DNA of 58,675 nucleotides, counting the filler, from Asterionella formosa (lineage: Eukaryota), in NCBI GenBank assembly GCA_002256025.1. It is 5 parts of 5 records of this genome, joined end to end, with 100 filler letters (N's around TTAATTAATTAA, not from the genome) between each part and the next. Parts side by side here need not be neighbours in the genome. Positions count along the whole stretch, not along the records: positions 35,297 to 46,939 come from NKIB01008271.1; positions 47,040 to 58,675 come from NKIB01008272.1; 3 more parts are not named here. One strand, written 5' to 3'. The position numbers were made by a program, and so were the translations under genes. This document shows, piece after piece, positions 35,887-47,798 of this stretch. A model generated the notes under the pieces. That model made no database searches, had not been told where the DNA came from, and saw only the letters and a program-made list of their open reading frames with translations. Within the stretch, counting starts at the first letter, position 1. Each line of letters begins with the position of its first letter.

Positions 35887-37407
35887 ATGGAGAATCAACA
35901 CTGCGAACGAAGCGGCTCTCGTCTCGACCTCGATCTTTCTTCACGCCCAGATTCGGTCCCTCAATGTCCTAAGAGTTTGTTGTTACGTTTTGTACCTTGG
36001 TGCTGTCGGTGGGACAATGGGCCAATGGAAGCCACAGGACTCAGCATTGATTCGTACACGCGAGCAACAGTTCTGATGAGTTCTATTTTTCTTGGTCCAG
36101 CCTTGCTGAAATTGGCAGCAGAAGCTGCTGGTTGCTCCAATGGACAAGATTGCATTAATCGAATCTATGGAATGAAGCCGTCGTCGCTCATTAGCAACAT
36201 TGCAATTTTCTCCAATATTCTCGTGGCCGTTCTTATGCCACTCTTTGGTGCAGTGGTGGACCATACTCCTCACCGGAAAAAAGTGGGAATTTATTCTGCA
36301 TTCTTTCTGACCATTGTCAAGGGTATTGAAACTATGATCTCCAGCAAGACATGGTTCGCCATCGCATGCCTTCAGGTGGTGTCATACCTATTGTTCAATA
36401 TGCACATTACCGCAACTTACGCCTACGGCTCAGAACTTTCCAACAATCACACGATGCAAGCAAAATACAATACTTATTTTATCGTGGTGCTCTATGCATC
36501 CACATTGATTTTCTTGGCCATCGTTCTGCTTATTGCGTACGCCTTCAATGCGGATGATGTGGAAACCGCAAGGATTGCACTTTGGCTCACCACAGTGACA
36601 TGTGCGATACTGTTTACCTTTGCATGGACCAATTTTTTCGCAGACCGACCAACCAAGAGCTTGATTCCTCATGGGCGATCGTTGCTGACAAGCGGATTCC
36701 GAAAGCTTAATCAAACAAGAAATAAAATTCGTTACGAGATGCCCGCCCTTCGATGGCTCATGCTTTCCATCATGTTTTCAGAAGCTGCAACCGGAGCCCT
36801 CATAACCATTGCCACTACTTATATGACGCTATACTTGGACATGGAAGCAACTGAATTCGGCCTTGTGTTTTTCGTTGTCTTACTGATGGGGGCTCCAGGC
36901 AGTAAACTTGGCGAGATAATGGCAATGCAGGTGAATCCTCTGTTTTCCGCCAAAACCTTGGTTCTTCTCTTTATAGCTGTCACCTTTGTTGCAGTTCTTG
37001 TCTTGACGGGTCCAGAACGAAAACAGTACACTGTCATCTTCGGGGCATTCTGGGGACTAGGCCTTGGCGGCTTGCATCCAATGCACACTACACTTTTCAT
37101 GACGATTAGTCCACCTGGTCAAGAGACGGAAATGATGGGAACATACATATTTGCTGGTCAGGTTTTGGCTTGGTTACCCCCGTTACTTTTTACTGTCTTA
37201 AATGAATTGGGAGTTGAAATGACAGTTGGACTTGCCTCCTTGGATATCTTTTTTATCATCGGATTCGCGTTTCTGTGTTGCATCGGCGACTTTCAGAACG
37301 CCCTGGATTATACCAACACGGTAGCGGAGGTGGAGGAAATGCCAGGCAGAGATCCTTCATTTCTTAAAAATGGCATGATGGAAGAACAAGTGCGTATTGT
37401 AAATTAG
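35887..37407 (+). CDS. MFS transporter, Atg22/UMF1-like
   Basis: About 12 TM segments; MPLFGAVVDHTPHRK, AYGSEL and PPGQETEMMGTYIFAGQVLAWLPPLLF. Confidence 0.8.
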   Translation: MENQHCERSGSRLDLDLSSRPDSVPQCPKSLLLRFVPWCCRWDNGPMEATGLSIDSYTRATVLMSSIFLGPALLKLAAEAAGCSNGQDCINRIYGMKPSSLISNIAIFSNILVAVLMPLFGAVVDHTPHRKKVGIYSAFFLTIVKGIETMISSKTWFAIACLQVVSYLLFNMHITATYAYGSELSNNHTMQAKYNTYFIVVLYASTLIFLAIVLLIAYAFNADDVETARIALWLTTVTCAILFTFAWTNFFADRPTKSLIPHGRSLLTSGFRKLNQTRNKIRYEMPALRWLMLSIMFSEAATGALITIATTYMTLYLDMEATEFGLVFFVVLLMGAPGSKLGEIMAMQVNPLFSAKTLVLLFIAVTFVAVLVLTGPERKQYTVIFGAFWGLGLGGLHPMHTTLFMTISPPGQETEMMGTYIFAGQVLAWLPPLLFTVLNELGVEMTVGLASLDIFFIIGFAFLCCIGDFQNALDYTNTVAEVEEMPGRDPSFLKNGMMEEQVRIVN

Positions 37408-37930
37408 ATATTTGGAGTTATGAAAGCGCCAAGTCTTCAAATCCTTTGCTAGAGGGCACTGAGATGGCATTGAAACAGTTCACGAAAAGGCTTCTGTATC
37501 TTGTTTCAGCCGTTCGATAAGTTAGGACCCAACCTCAATGGTCTATACGTGTTTTGTGAGAATGACTGATGGTGATGGGAAATAAAGATATATACCGGTA
37601 TTAGTCTATCCAAAAGTAGATGAAGAGTTTGATGTGAAGAGTCAGAAGGTATATCATATACCGGTATACCGGTACAATCGTGAACAAGAAGGGGTTTTGC
37701 ATTGCTTCCTGACGGAATCGTCGTTTATCAAATTCAATATTTTCATATATGAATATCCTGAATTAAAAAAATATTATTATGCAACAGAGATATTGAGTAT
37801 ACGTATAGTAAAACTCATTTACCAGTATGTTGAGACGCCATCATCAAACATTACGACAAAGAACGCGTCGGTCTTGTGGTTTTCGTCCTTCAACCCTTCC
37901 CAGTCAATAATTGGAAACGAACAAAGCCCC

Positions 37931-39143
37931 ATGCTCACGTCGTTGCTAAGTTCATCCATTCTTGCAACTGCGTGGATATCGTGTCGGGCCATGAGTTCAG
38001 CATCAACGAAGCCGTTGCGACGAGCTGCTATTGCTCAGCTTTGCAGCACGTCATCCAAGTTGCAGAATCTTATTGATGTAGCAAAGTGCGCTGGCCAAGC
38101 AAGCCAGCTTGGAGCATCCATGCTATTTTTACCAGAATGCTTTGGCTTCATTGGCTCGAGTGCACAGGAGACTTTGGAAAATGCAGAGCCACCAATAATG
38201 GACGATGAAAGAAAAAATGCCAATGTTGTTAGAGATTATATTGCTCGCGTTGTGCAGCAGGAGATGGTATCAGAGAGTTCACTGCACCCATTATCAGTTG
38301 CATCAGAAGAAAGAATTTATCTGCTGGATGGTCTTCGAACGATTGCACAAGAGAGTGGCTTGTGGATCTCAGCTGGTGGAATGCACGAAGCAGGAGCACC
38401 TGCAGCCGACATCGAAGACCGTGTACCCAGGGTGTACAACAGTCATGTGGTCTTGGATAATGATGGAATAGTAAAGGCGTTGTATAGAAAGATTCATTTG
38501 TTCGATGTTTCTATACCAGGAAAGGTCAGTCTACGAGAGAGTGCAACTACTGCACCCGGGACTAAGCTCGTCGTTTGTGATTCCCCAGTCGGTAAGTTCT
38601 TTCGACGATGGACCGTAATACGGATTCAATCTAATATACTAACAAAACGGTTGACTTAGGTCGCTTAGGACTTTCAACGTGCTATGACATGAGGTTTCCT
38701 GAAATATACATCGAGCTGGTTAAAAATGGCGGGGCTGAGCTATTGCTTATGCCCTCTGCATTCACTGTGCCCACTGGAAGTGCCCACTGGCACATTTTGC
38801 TAAAAGGTAAGAAACTGTCACACCATTTTTGACGATGCAGCTGGGTAGATGCCTCTAACTTTTGCAATTACTCTGGGGAGAAGCACGGGCAATAGAAAGT
38901 CAATGCTACGTATTGGCTTCTGCTCAATACGGTAGACACAACGAAAAACGTGAAAGCTACGGCCACTCACTGGCGGTCGATCCTTGGGGAGAGACTGTGG
39001 CGGATGCTGGTGGTTGCGACGAGCCGCGTAGTGCAGTCCCGAGCATCGTTTGTTGCGATATCAATCTGGAATATCTCCGCTCGATCCGAGAACGAATGCC
39101 CCTTACTCAGCACCGCGCCTCGTCCGCTGGTTTTTCTTTCTAG
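37931..39143 (+). CDS. NIT1: Carbon-nitrogen hydrolase, NIT1-like (deaminated glutathione amidase); introns 38592-38659 and 38807-38883
   Basis: FLPEC, YRKIHLFDV, GLSTCYDMRFPE, PSAFTVPTG.AHW, ARAIESQCYV and RESYGHS give the E-K-C triad. Both GT-AG introns restore the frame. Confidence 0.9.
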
Positions 39144-39313
39144 ATTTGCCGCAAAGCGCGAGCACGATTTGCTCTCCGTCGTTATCGCAACTGTTCGACG
39201 CACATCTTTCAACCAGAAGTACGCCTGATCACAGAAATGGAGCTACCTAACTGCGCGTGTTCTGATTTTCCAGTCCAGATAGCAAAAGCCTGGAAAGGAT
39301 GACCAGGGATGAA

Positions 39314-41295
39314 CTATAAGGTCGGCTTTGTTTTTGCACTGGCAACAATATCGTGTATTATCTTCTCAATCTTGCCGAGAATCTCAAGATTTTGTAAATC
39401 ATTTGGATTCTGTATCAGCAGTGCGCTCAACTGTTCATGTCGATATCGTAGGCTCGTTAGTTGTCGGTTTAATCTGGCATCAGGATGCTGAAAGGCCATT
39501 ATAAACGAATCCAAATAGCGGCGTGTGTGTACATGATCTCTATTGGCACGGTGATTTGACATATTAAACTCCTTCTTGGACAACTTCCTTTTTTGCAGCT
39601 CTTGCTCTAAACGAAGTACTTCAATTTGAAGCACTTGCTCTCTTTCTCTTACTTCATTGACTGTCTCCTCTGATCGTTTGCGCTCACTTTGTATCCTCGC
39701 GTTGCACAGCTCTAAGAGAACTGTTGAACCGACATAGGATGTAGGCGTCTATTAGCTTACACCATGTTGAAAGAAACAAAATTCAATATTAATTGCAAAT
39801 ACAGGTACTTACGACGCAGCTTCTCGTTATCAATCTTTGTGGCCTGCAGTTCGCTTGTGAGTTCCTGTAGCCTAACTATCATTTCCGTTGCTTTGGTTTC
39901 CACGCAGCTGGGGGCCTTACTTTTTTCCGCGATAATGTCGTCAGTTGGCACTTGAAATTCATAACTCTTCAACTGTTCACGAAGTTCATTGATTTCGTTC
40001 TCTGCCACATTGAGCCTGTACAATACCTCTTTTTTCTCGTCTTTTTCTTTTGCAATACTCTCAATGAGACGAGATATTTCACAACAGACTTCCTCTTTTG
40101 CTACTTGCCACACGCGGCGTTCTGATTCAGACAATCGGAGCTGTCTATTCAATTCACTGGTGTTTCTATTAGCCTTTGTAAGTTCCTCTCTGAGCGCATT
40201 TCGTTCTCTCTGTAAATTCTCAAGTTTCTCCGCCGTAACGCTGACACCAATCTTTCCCTCCTTCTGATGATAATTCATCATGTTGTGCTCGTTGTCCTTG
40301 ATCGCTTCCTCATTGTTCATCACTTTCCATGGATAGACTTCCACAAATATAGATTCATTGCAATCCCAAATTTTTGCCAGCATTGGAGCCAATCTTCGTC
40401 GTCTCTCAGACTCATTTTGATCACGGGCTGCCTCACAGGCTGCCTTGAACACATCATGAGAAATCGAGGCGCATTCCAAAGTGACATGTGTACTACCAAT
40501 CAAGGAAGATATTGCATCCGTATTGGAAAATTCCAAAGATGCTGTGAATACACCAACAGATTCTGAGGGCAGACGATATGAACCATGATATATCGCACTC
40601 TGAGATATGAGACACGTTTGTTGGTGGACAAGGTCCGGGGAAGAGATATGTGAATTGTTCTCTGCATTTACCTCCATTGCTTCATCCGTGTGTGGATTCT
40701 TGATGAATAGCTTGAATTCCACTTGATTATTGGAACGATTCGGAAATGAGTTTGATAGTGGAAAATACTCCAAACGGAACCACCAAACCACCCACCAACC
40801 ACTGCAAATGTTTGTAATTGTCTTATTAAGCGCTCGTAGCTTAGGAATTTCCTGAAAGGGAGGTGCATCTTGACTCCCTGGAAGAAGATATTGAATGTAC
40901 ATGAGTTGGTCATAGCTATCCTGGTCCTTGTTATCCGCCCCTTCGTTCTTCAACAAAGACACGAGGGAAGCCGAATGAACAGCACGGTGGATTCGTAAAA
41001 TAGACTCAACATACTTTTGAACAAAAGTAGCATTTGGGTTTGGATGGAAAGGAGGCAGAATCGTCCCATTGTCGTCGACTGGCTGCACTGATAGACTTCC
41101 AAATATTTCTTTTCTCATTTCCATGTCGAATTGAATTATTTCATCAAGAGACCTAGTGACTGCAGCACCACTTTTCAAATCATCAACACGACTGATTTGA
41201 GTTGTCGCTCCATGCTGCGATGAGATTTTAATCCAAAAATGCTCTTTCCCTTTGTCTGTTGTGGCCAAATCATTCCTTAGTTTGTTTGTTGTCAT
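39314..41295 (-). CDS. PX-like + GOLD-like + coiled-coil protein; intron 39721-39812
   Basis: GTAAGT...CAG intron joins the 512-aa and 106-aa ORFs in frame. TRSLDEI.QFD..LPPF..VQKYVESIL is PX-like, WWVVWWFRLE..VEFKLF..YHGSY..LEFSN is GOLD-like, followed by a long heptad region. The gene is secure; the domain calls are moderate. Confidence 0.65.
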
Positions 41296-41752
41296 GATTC
41301 TGATATTGCACGTTCATTGGGGAAATGTGGAACGACCTCGTTCGGGTGGTGTACCAGGGTCCCATCAAGCCTTCTACATATCGAAACTATTACTTATGAT
41401 ACCGGTGCCAGTACATTGATTGGACTATGAAATATGATTTACATTGACAACGACAGCCTTTGCCTCTATTATACCCTCAGCACATAACATGTTATACTGC
41501 TCTACATAGCTATACTTCATACAGGTACCAGTACTCCACAATACCCGGAGGAGCAGTACTATGTACAGTATACAGAAGCAAAAGGAACACATAAAAAAGC
41601 ACGACTGAGAACAAAATGAGACGCACGTTGCTTTCGACGATGACAAAGTCAAGCCAGCTCACGACGACTTCAGTGTCACAACATCATCCCTCCTACCCGG
41701 CAGTCTGCCAAACTGATACCCGTTTTTCCAAAGAGTACAGAAGATTTCCACC

Positions 41753-42277
41753 ATGCCGTCAGAAAATTGTTGGGGTAGACTTGACGGCAATTGGTTCCTC
41801 GATTCCGGCGGTCTCGCGATTAGCTCTGTCTTAATATTTGGGTTTATTCTGGTTCTATTTGGTACTGGACATGCCTTCCTTTTTCTTGTTGCGGGTCTCG
41901 TTGCCTTTGTGTTGCACCGAGTTTTATCTCGACATGCTGCATCGCCGACAACAAATGACATTGAAACGCCCCCACTTCCTGTCACACCCGAGCCAATACT
42001 AGCGCCTGCTGTAGACTTCTCAGCAGTCCTTGTACGGCGGGTGCAAGACAAGGAGGACGCTCCGTTTACATGCGAGATTTGTTTGGATGAAGTGATGGTA
42101 GGAGATGAGATGGCAGGGTCACTAAACAAGGCATGTATTCATGAATTTCATTTGGAGTGTATCCGACAGGCGTTGGAACGACAACCGACGTGCCCGTGTT
42201 GTCGGAGGGATTACATGGTTGCCAATGAGGACACTCCATCTGCGCCGCCGGAAGCAGTAGTACGACTAGAAGCGTGA
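41753..42277 (+). CDS. Membrane-anchored RING-H2 E3 ligase-like protein
   Basis: Two N-terminal TM segments; CEIC...CIHEFHLEC...CPCC. Confidence 0.85.
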   Translation: MPSENCWGRLDGNWFLDSGGLAISSVLIFGFILVLFGTGHAFLFLVAGLVAFVLHRVLSRHAASPTTNDIETPPLPVTPEPILAPAVDFSAVLVRRVQDKEDAPFTCEICLDEVMVGDEMAGSLNKACIHEFHLECIRQALERQPTCPCCRRDYMVANEDTPSAPPEAVVRLEA

Positions 42278-42490
42278 AATGGTAATAGTAGGCAATCTTT
42301 ATGTGTGTGCACTGGAAGAAACATTGATTCCAATGCATTCCATGTACACTAGAATGACATACCTTTGCTTAACAGCTAAATTGACAGCACTTTCTTCTCA
42401 TGCTTACAAATTAGGATATATAGAACTTCCTCCAGTGTGGAGACATTCATAAAAATATGAATATTAATTCAATTAACATTAATCCATTCA

Positions 42491-42830
42491 TCATATCTGA
42501 ATCATGCCATACCCAAAGAGTTCAAAGTCTCGTGCACAGACTTCATTGATTGTCTGGATATTCTCCGGTGAAAGATCTTTCACCGTCATGTCATGCTTAG
42601 TGCCACTATCACCTTGGTACTGTTTGCTATTATCGTAAGTATGAAACAGAGGAGCACTATCAGCTTTGCCGGGAAGTTTGATAGAAATATCGTATTCTTG
42701 CATCAGAGCATTGAATTCGTTGGAAAGGTTTTCGTAGTGGAGTACGTGAGTGCTGATAGCCTTGTCACCATTCAGATCATAAACATAGTAATTCTGATTC
42801 TGCATGTCTCCCCAAATGTCGCGCGCTACT
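42491..42830 (-). pseudogene. C-terminal fragment of a sulfotransferase-2 family gene
   Basis: Q.YYV, VLHYENLSNEFNALM and LSPENIQTINEVCARDFELFGY; no N-terminal PAPS-binding region seen upstream. Confidence 0.65.
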
Positions 42831-43331
42831 TTCAGTGAAGCCGACGAATATCAGTTAAGATAATCTAAGTTTGCTATAACCAAATAAGACAACAAAACAA
42901 AGTGAATAAGTCTAGCTTCAATTATTATGTCTTAGAATCATTAGTCCATGATCGAAACATCACACAAGCCCATCCATGGACTCGCCAACAAAAACCCTCA
43001 TATACCTGGCTGTTGAGATAAGACATCGCCCAGCCAAAGCCTCTCTAATGTCGATAGAGATCACCTCCAACCAACCGTCAAAGAGGAGCCACACAAGCCG
43101 CTAGAAATCAAAGCGGCGGCGGCAAGTTACAAATCGAATCCGCAAAAATCAAAAACCTACACGCAACCCGGAAAACCATCAGATACTTTAATACCAAGTT
43201 TGCATGATGTAAGGCACGTAGAATAATACCCATACATGAGATATCATACCTGTATTAAAAATCAAAGCATATACCTACCGGTATGTAGAAATCTCACACA
43301 GCCTTTTATTTTTTAGGCCCCGTCTTTTACA

Positions 43332-44610
43332 GTGCCCGAATTACGAAGATTGAGTCGCCATCCAACAACATCTGCTAAGCGAATAAGAATGACACAACCT
43401 CTGGTGTCAAGACAAGAGTCATGTTGGTGGAAGAAATTCCTAACAGACGAAAAGCGTATCTTACATTTGGATATGAACACATGGGAAGCAAGAGACATTC
43501 TTTGTCTTCCATTCAACATATTCTTGAAACTGTACTATGACATGACAATATCAAATGGTTGGTATGATCCACACAGGAAAGATTGCACCAATCTTCTGTG
43601 CAAGGACCTCAACTTGCTTCTACTGGTTACTCTCTACACTCTAGCAACCAGTGCTTCCCATTTGTATGTTTACATAGTACGAACTGACATCTCTAAAGAA
43701 TTAAACGCAAATTTTTCATTTACTAAACTTCAAAGTTTGCAGAAAAGAAGGATGAATATGTATACATACTGAGAGAGGAAGAGGAAGATCATGATGACCT
43801 ACTGCAAGATCATGATGACCTACTGCAATGAATTCTTAATGACTGCAGTTCCTTTGGGCTTTGAGGGTGTATAGGCTCAGTCAATTGTGTGCACATTGGG
43901 TGGAATCGATGTTCAGTCAAGTACCAGAAGAATATATTTCTATGTTCCTAGGGGTATCCTTCAATTGTTTTTGAGTTGCTTTCTGATTACAGAAGAAAGA
44001 TTTTATCAATCAGCTACCTGCACCCAGGAACAAGAAATGACAAAAGCACACTAGCTAGTCAAGTTTGATACTGCTGTTTCCAATCTACATGATAGAAATT
44101 CCTTTCTTGGCAGGCAAGAGTGGAATGTGCTCACTGTTGATTCGACTATTACATGTAAAGGCTACTATTTCATTTGTAATGGAGGGTACCTATGATGGCC
44201 AGTGTTGATTTGTACAATTAAAAATGGCAATGATGAACAAGAAAAAAGGGCGTGGGGTATGATAGTGGAGTCTGTTCAACAAGATATTGAATGTACTTCT
44301 GGTATATTGAAAAGTCTATGGTTATTTATTAAGAACTGTGACAGCTTTTCTCAACCCAAGCATATCGAAAATGTGTTCACATCCTGCTGTGAGCTCTATA
44401 ACATTCTCGTAGAAAGCGATGGTTACCTTGACTGAGAAAGTTCTGACACACAGCATGTTGCACATACTGTGCAAGGTGACTACAAAGAATTGAATGTTAC
44501 TTCAAAAAGCAACTTTAATGAAACAGCTGCTGGTAAACAAAGCCAATGGTGGAATAGAGATCAACTACTTGTTGATCATTATTACGAATTTCGTAAAAGC
44601 AGTAAGATAG
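43332..44610 (+). mobile_element. Degenerate PIF/Harbinger-type (Plant_tran/DDE_Tnp_4) transposase
   Basis: IGSVNCVHIGWNRC, HPGTRND, CNGGYL and VESVQQDIECTSGILK..IENVFTSCCELYNIL across frames. Stops, frameshifts and a 21-bp internal duplication at ~43786-43827. Confidence 0.8.
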
Positions 44611-45205
44611 TAAAAGATGGAAGTTAGCAAGATAGCTTCATATATATTATGTAACTATATAGTAAACTATATTCATGTGTATTCATGTTGCCTAATTTGT
44701 TCCTGAACATTGGAGCTGTGCATAGAAAAGCATGCATCAGAACACCAAATTTTCTGGAAATTTCGAAACCATCACAGCAAATGGAGCGAAAAAAAATTGT
44801 TGCAATAAATGCAAAGATGTTCACTGTTTATGACTTGGCAGTCAATGCAAATCCCTTCAAGTCCTGGACCTTGATCTTCAGTTCTACAGGAAGCCGACTT
44901 AGGCTTAGTACTAGGAGAATAAATGTATATGCAAGTAAGGAACTCGGAGCTGAGTCTGCTACAATGTTGAAACTATAACTCAGCTATTACATATTTGCCA
45001 ATTGGTTTAGAATGTGCATAATCATGTCTGTAATTCTGCAATTCTCCAATTCAATGCTGAAAGCACAGTTGCAGCGGCAAGCTACCAAGGACAGTAGTAA
45101 GGGACAATGTTGAAGAAAAATTAATTGAAAGGAAGAAAGGACCAGACTAATAGAATTAGCATTCCCTAATACTCAATATCTTGCCTTTGATAGACCCCAT
45201 AGGAT

Positions 45206-46357
45206 CTAAGAGTCTTCATCATAGTCACGAACTCCTCCACTGTAAATTGGCTTTCGAACTTTCAACCCCAGATGCTCCATTTCTTCCTCCAGCTCCTTTG
45301 CAGGTGGTTTATAATCAATGGCACCGGCTTCCGCGAGCCATTCCTGCAACCGACCTGTGTGAAACTCGTCTGGCTTATTCAGATCAGATGCTAATCCTTG
45401 GAAGCCCACTAGTCTGGCCACTGTCTTGCCTTCGCAGAAGACAAGGACTGTTGGAAGCGTCTTGACTTGAAGTTTATTGACAAAGAATGGTGCCTTTTCG
45501 GAATCCATCTTTAGGAATTTGCATTCTGTATGCAGTTCGGCGATAATTTTGATGTGATGGTCCATGATCTTGCATCGCTCAAACTCTGAATGGAAAAAAT
45601 GAACGACGACATTGCGCGACGAGGTACACTCGGGAAGAAAATCATCCTGGGGAATTTGTCGATACTGCCCATGTCCCTTGGCTATATTCTCTAATTTCTC
45701 CATTTGTTGGGCGCGCAATTCTTGCAGTCTTCGATTTCTAATTTCCTGCAGTTCATCGTCCTCTTCGTCCAACCAACTGTCGTATTCATCATCGTCAACG
45801 TCATCGTTGCTGCCATTTTCGTTTCGCTCGCGCAACTCTTGTTGCTGTTTCATGGCTTGCATCTTGATCAGGTCTTCTTGCCGTTCCTGTTCGTCTTGAG
45901 CTCGCTTCAATTCTTTTCGCTGCAATGCGTTTCTGTACACCTGTTGATAGGGTTCGCCAGTAGGAGCCCGATCAGGGTCATCCAACTCCTGCTGTCCCTT
46001 GGCATGCTTGTCCTGCAGGTCCTTCATGGTCTTTACTAATCGCTCATTGATATTCTCGGCGAGTTCCTTTTGATAATCATTTTGTTCGTCATTCCCCTGC
46101 GATGATAATGTACCGGAATACGTTTTGGAGTTGATTGATGATTGACGCGATGAGAAGTGTAGAATCAGGTTGTTTATATTATGTGGACGGGATGAATCGC
46201 ACATCATTTAGGAAACAAAATAAGACCCTTTTCTACTCTGATCAAACACTTGGTAACTTACCAATCCTTCAAAGGGATTTGCGATGGGACCTAGCGGGTT
46301 GGCTGCCTGGAACTTGGCAGCCTTGGAGATGCCGCCTGGATTTTGAAGTGATGCCAT
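45206..46357 (-). CDS. TXNDC9: Phosducin-like / thioredoxin domain-containing protein 9; intron 46097-46261
   Basis: GHGQY, VVVHFFHSEFERCKIMDHH and EKAPFFVNKLQVKTLP. Exon 1 (MASLQNP...FEGL|gtaagt) splices in phase 0 to cag|GNDEQ. Confidence 0.88.
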
Positions 46358-46939
46358 GGTCGACGGATTGATGATGACAGTGTAAGAATTTGAGTTGTAC
46401 TCTATTGAGTTATAAAATCTGCAGTATGATTGGACTAGAATAATAATGACTTTAAAAATAATTCACTTTCATATATAAAAATAAATGTAGTATATACGCA
46501 CAGTACCCAATTTACATACCGGTACATTAGTACCTGGCATAGTACTGGTAGCAGGAACTTATTGTTGTAAGATTATATTTGCATTTAATATATTTATTAA
46601 TGTAGCTGTATGTACATATTCTATTAATTATTTTTATAACTGTATATTACAGTATTATTTTTCACATGTGATTTATACGATATGTCCTCCTGGAATTTCT
46701 TATAGGTAGAGTATAATCTGTATATTACGGTTATTGATCACTATACGACGTTCTCTATTATGCATCAATATGATTCTTTGCCATATCCCCCACTGGAGTA
46801 CTGTTGTGTTGAAATGGTCCGTACTCCTTCCCGCGGGTTGGGTCTCTCTTCACGTAGACTCTTACGTGATCGTAGTACTACCTAGTACCACTCACTTTCT
46901 CTCTTGTCTCTGCTTCTAGCCTTCCTGCTAGATAGACTA

Positions 46940-47039
46940 NNNNNNNNNNNNNNNNNNNNNNNNNNNNNNNNNNNNNNNNNNNNTTAATTAATTAANNNNN
47001 NNNNNNNNNNNNNNNNNNNNNNNNNNNNNNNNNNNNNNN
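46940..47039. other. Artificial contig spacer
   Basis: N44-TTAATTAATTAA-N44. Confidence 0.99.
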
Positions 47040-47798
47040 AGGGAACATAATCACTTCCGAAATGAGTGATTGCTTGCATTGTTGTCTTAGATGTATGTTG
47101 TCTTAGAACCATTCACCCTAACTGGCCACTTCTCCCAAATTGCTGGTATCATGTTGTTGTTGATGTGGTGTCTGCGAGAAAGTGGTCTGGTGGATACTAT
47201 GTAAGCCGATGGGATTTACATACAATTTCCAGGTAGAAGACTAGCTTGGTAATTCTAGTTTTGCACCTGATGGTCAAATGGCGGACAACATCATTGATGA
47301 TCGATGATCCGTGATACATGTTACGCCCACAGATACAACCTACCGTATTTTTCCTGAGAATGATATGGGGCACTGCACTGTACAGGTGCCGGCACCAGAT
47401 ACCTATGGAATCTACCGGTAGCACAACTTGGTTATCATAGATTCGGTTGAATCGAGTATCGGATATTCAAGAAGAAAACTGATATAGCCGTTGCTTGTGA
47501 TACCTTTCAAACTAAAGGATACCCCATCATTACAAGATGTTCGATGTGTATTTATGTTGTCGGAATAAATAACCACTGTAACGACAAAAATAGAAATATT
47601 TACTCCCAATAAAACGAAGTAAAATGCCACAAGTATTTTATTCCAAAACGTGAGATCACCATTCTAGAGATTTGCTAATCGAGGAATTGGGAAATCGTTT
47701 GTTTGCATGCATACCCTCTGGAATAAGAAGGGGACAATAGATTTCGAGTGTGTAGGCTGCTGGCAAGTAGCTTCTTTGGAGCGACAGACTGTAGAGAA

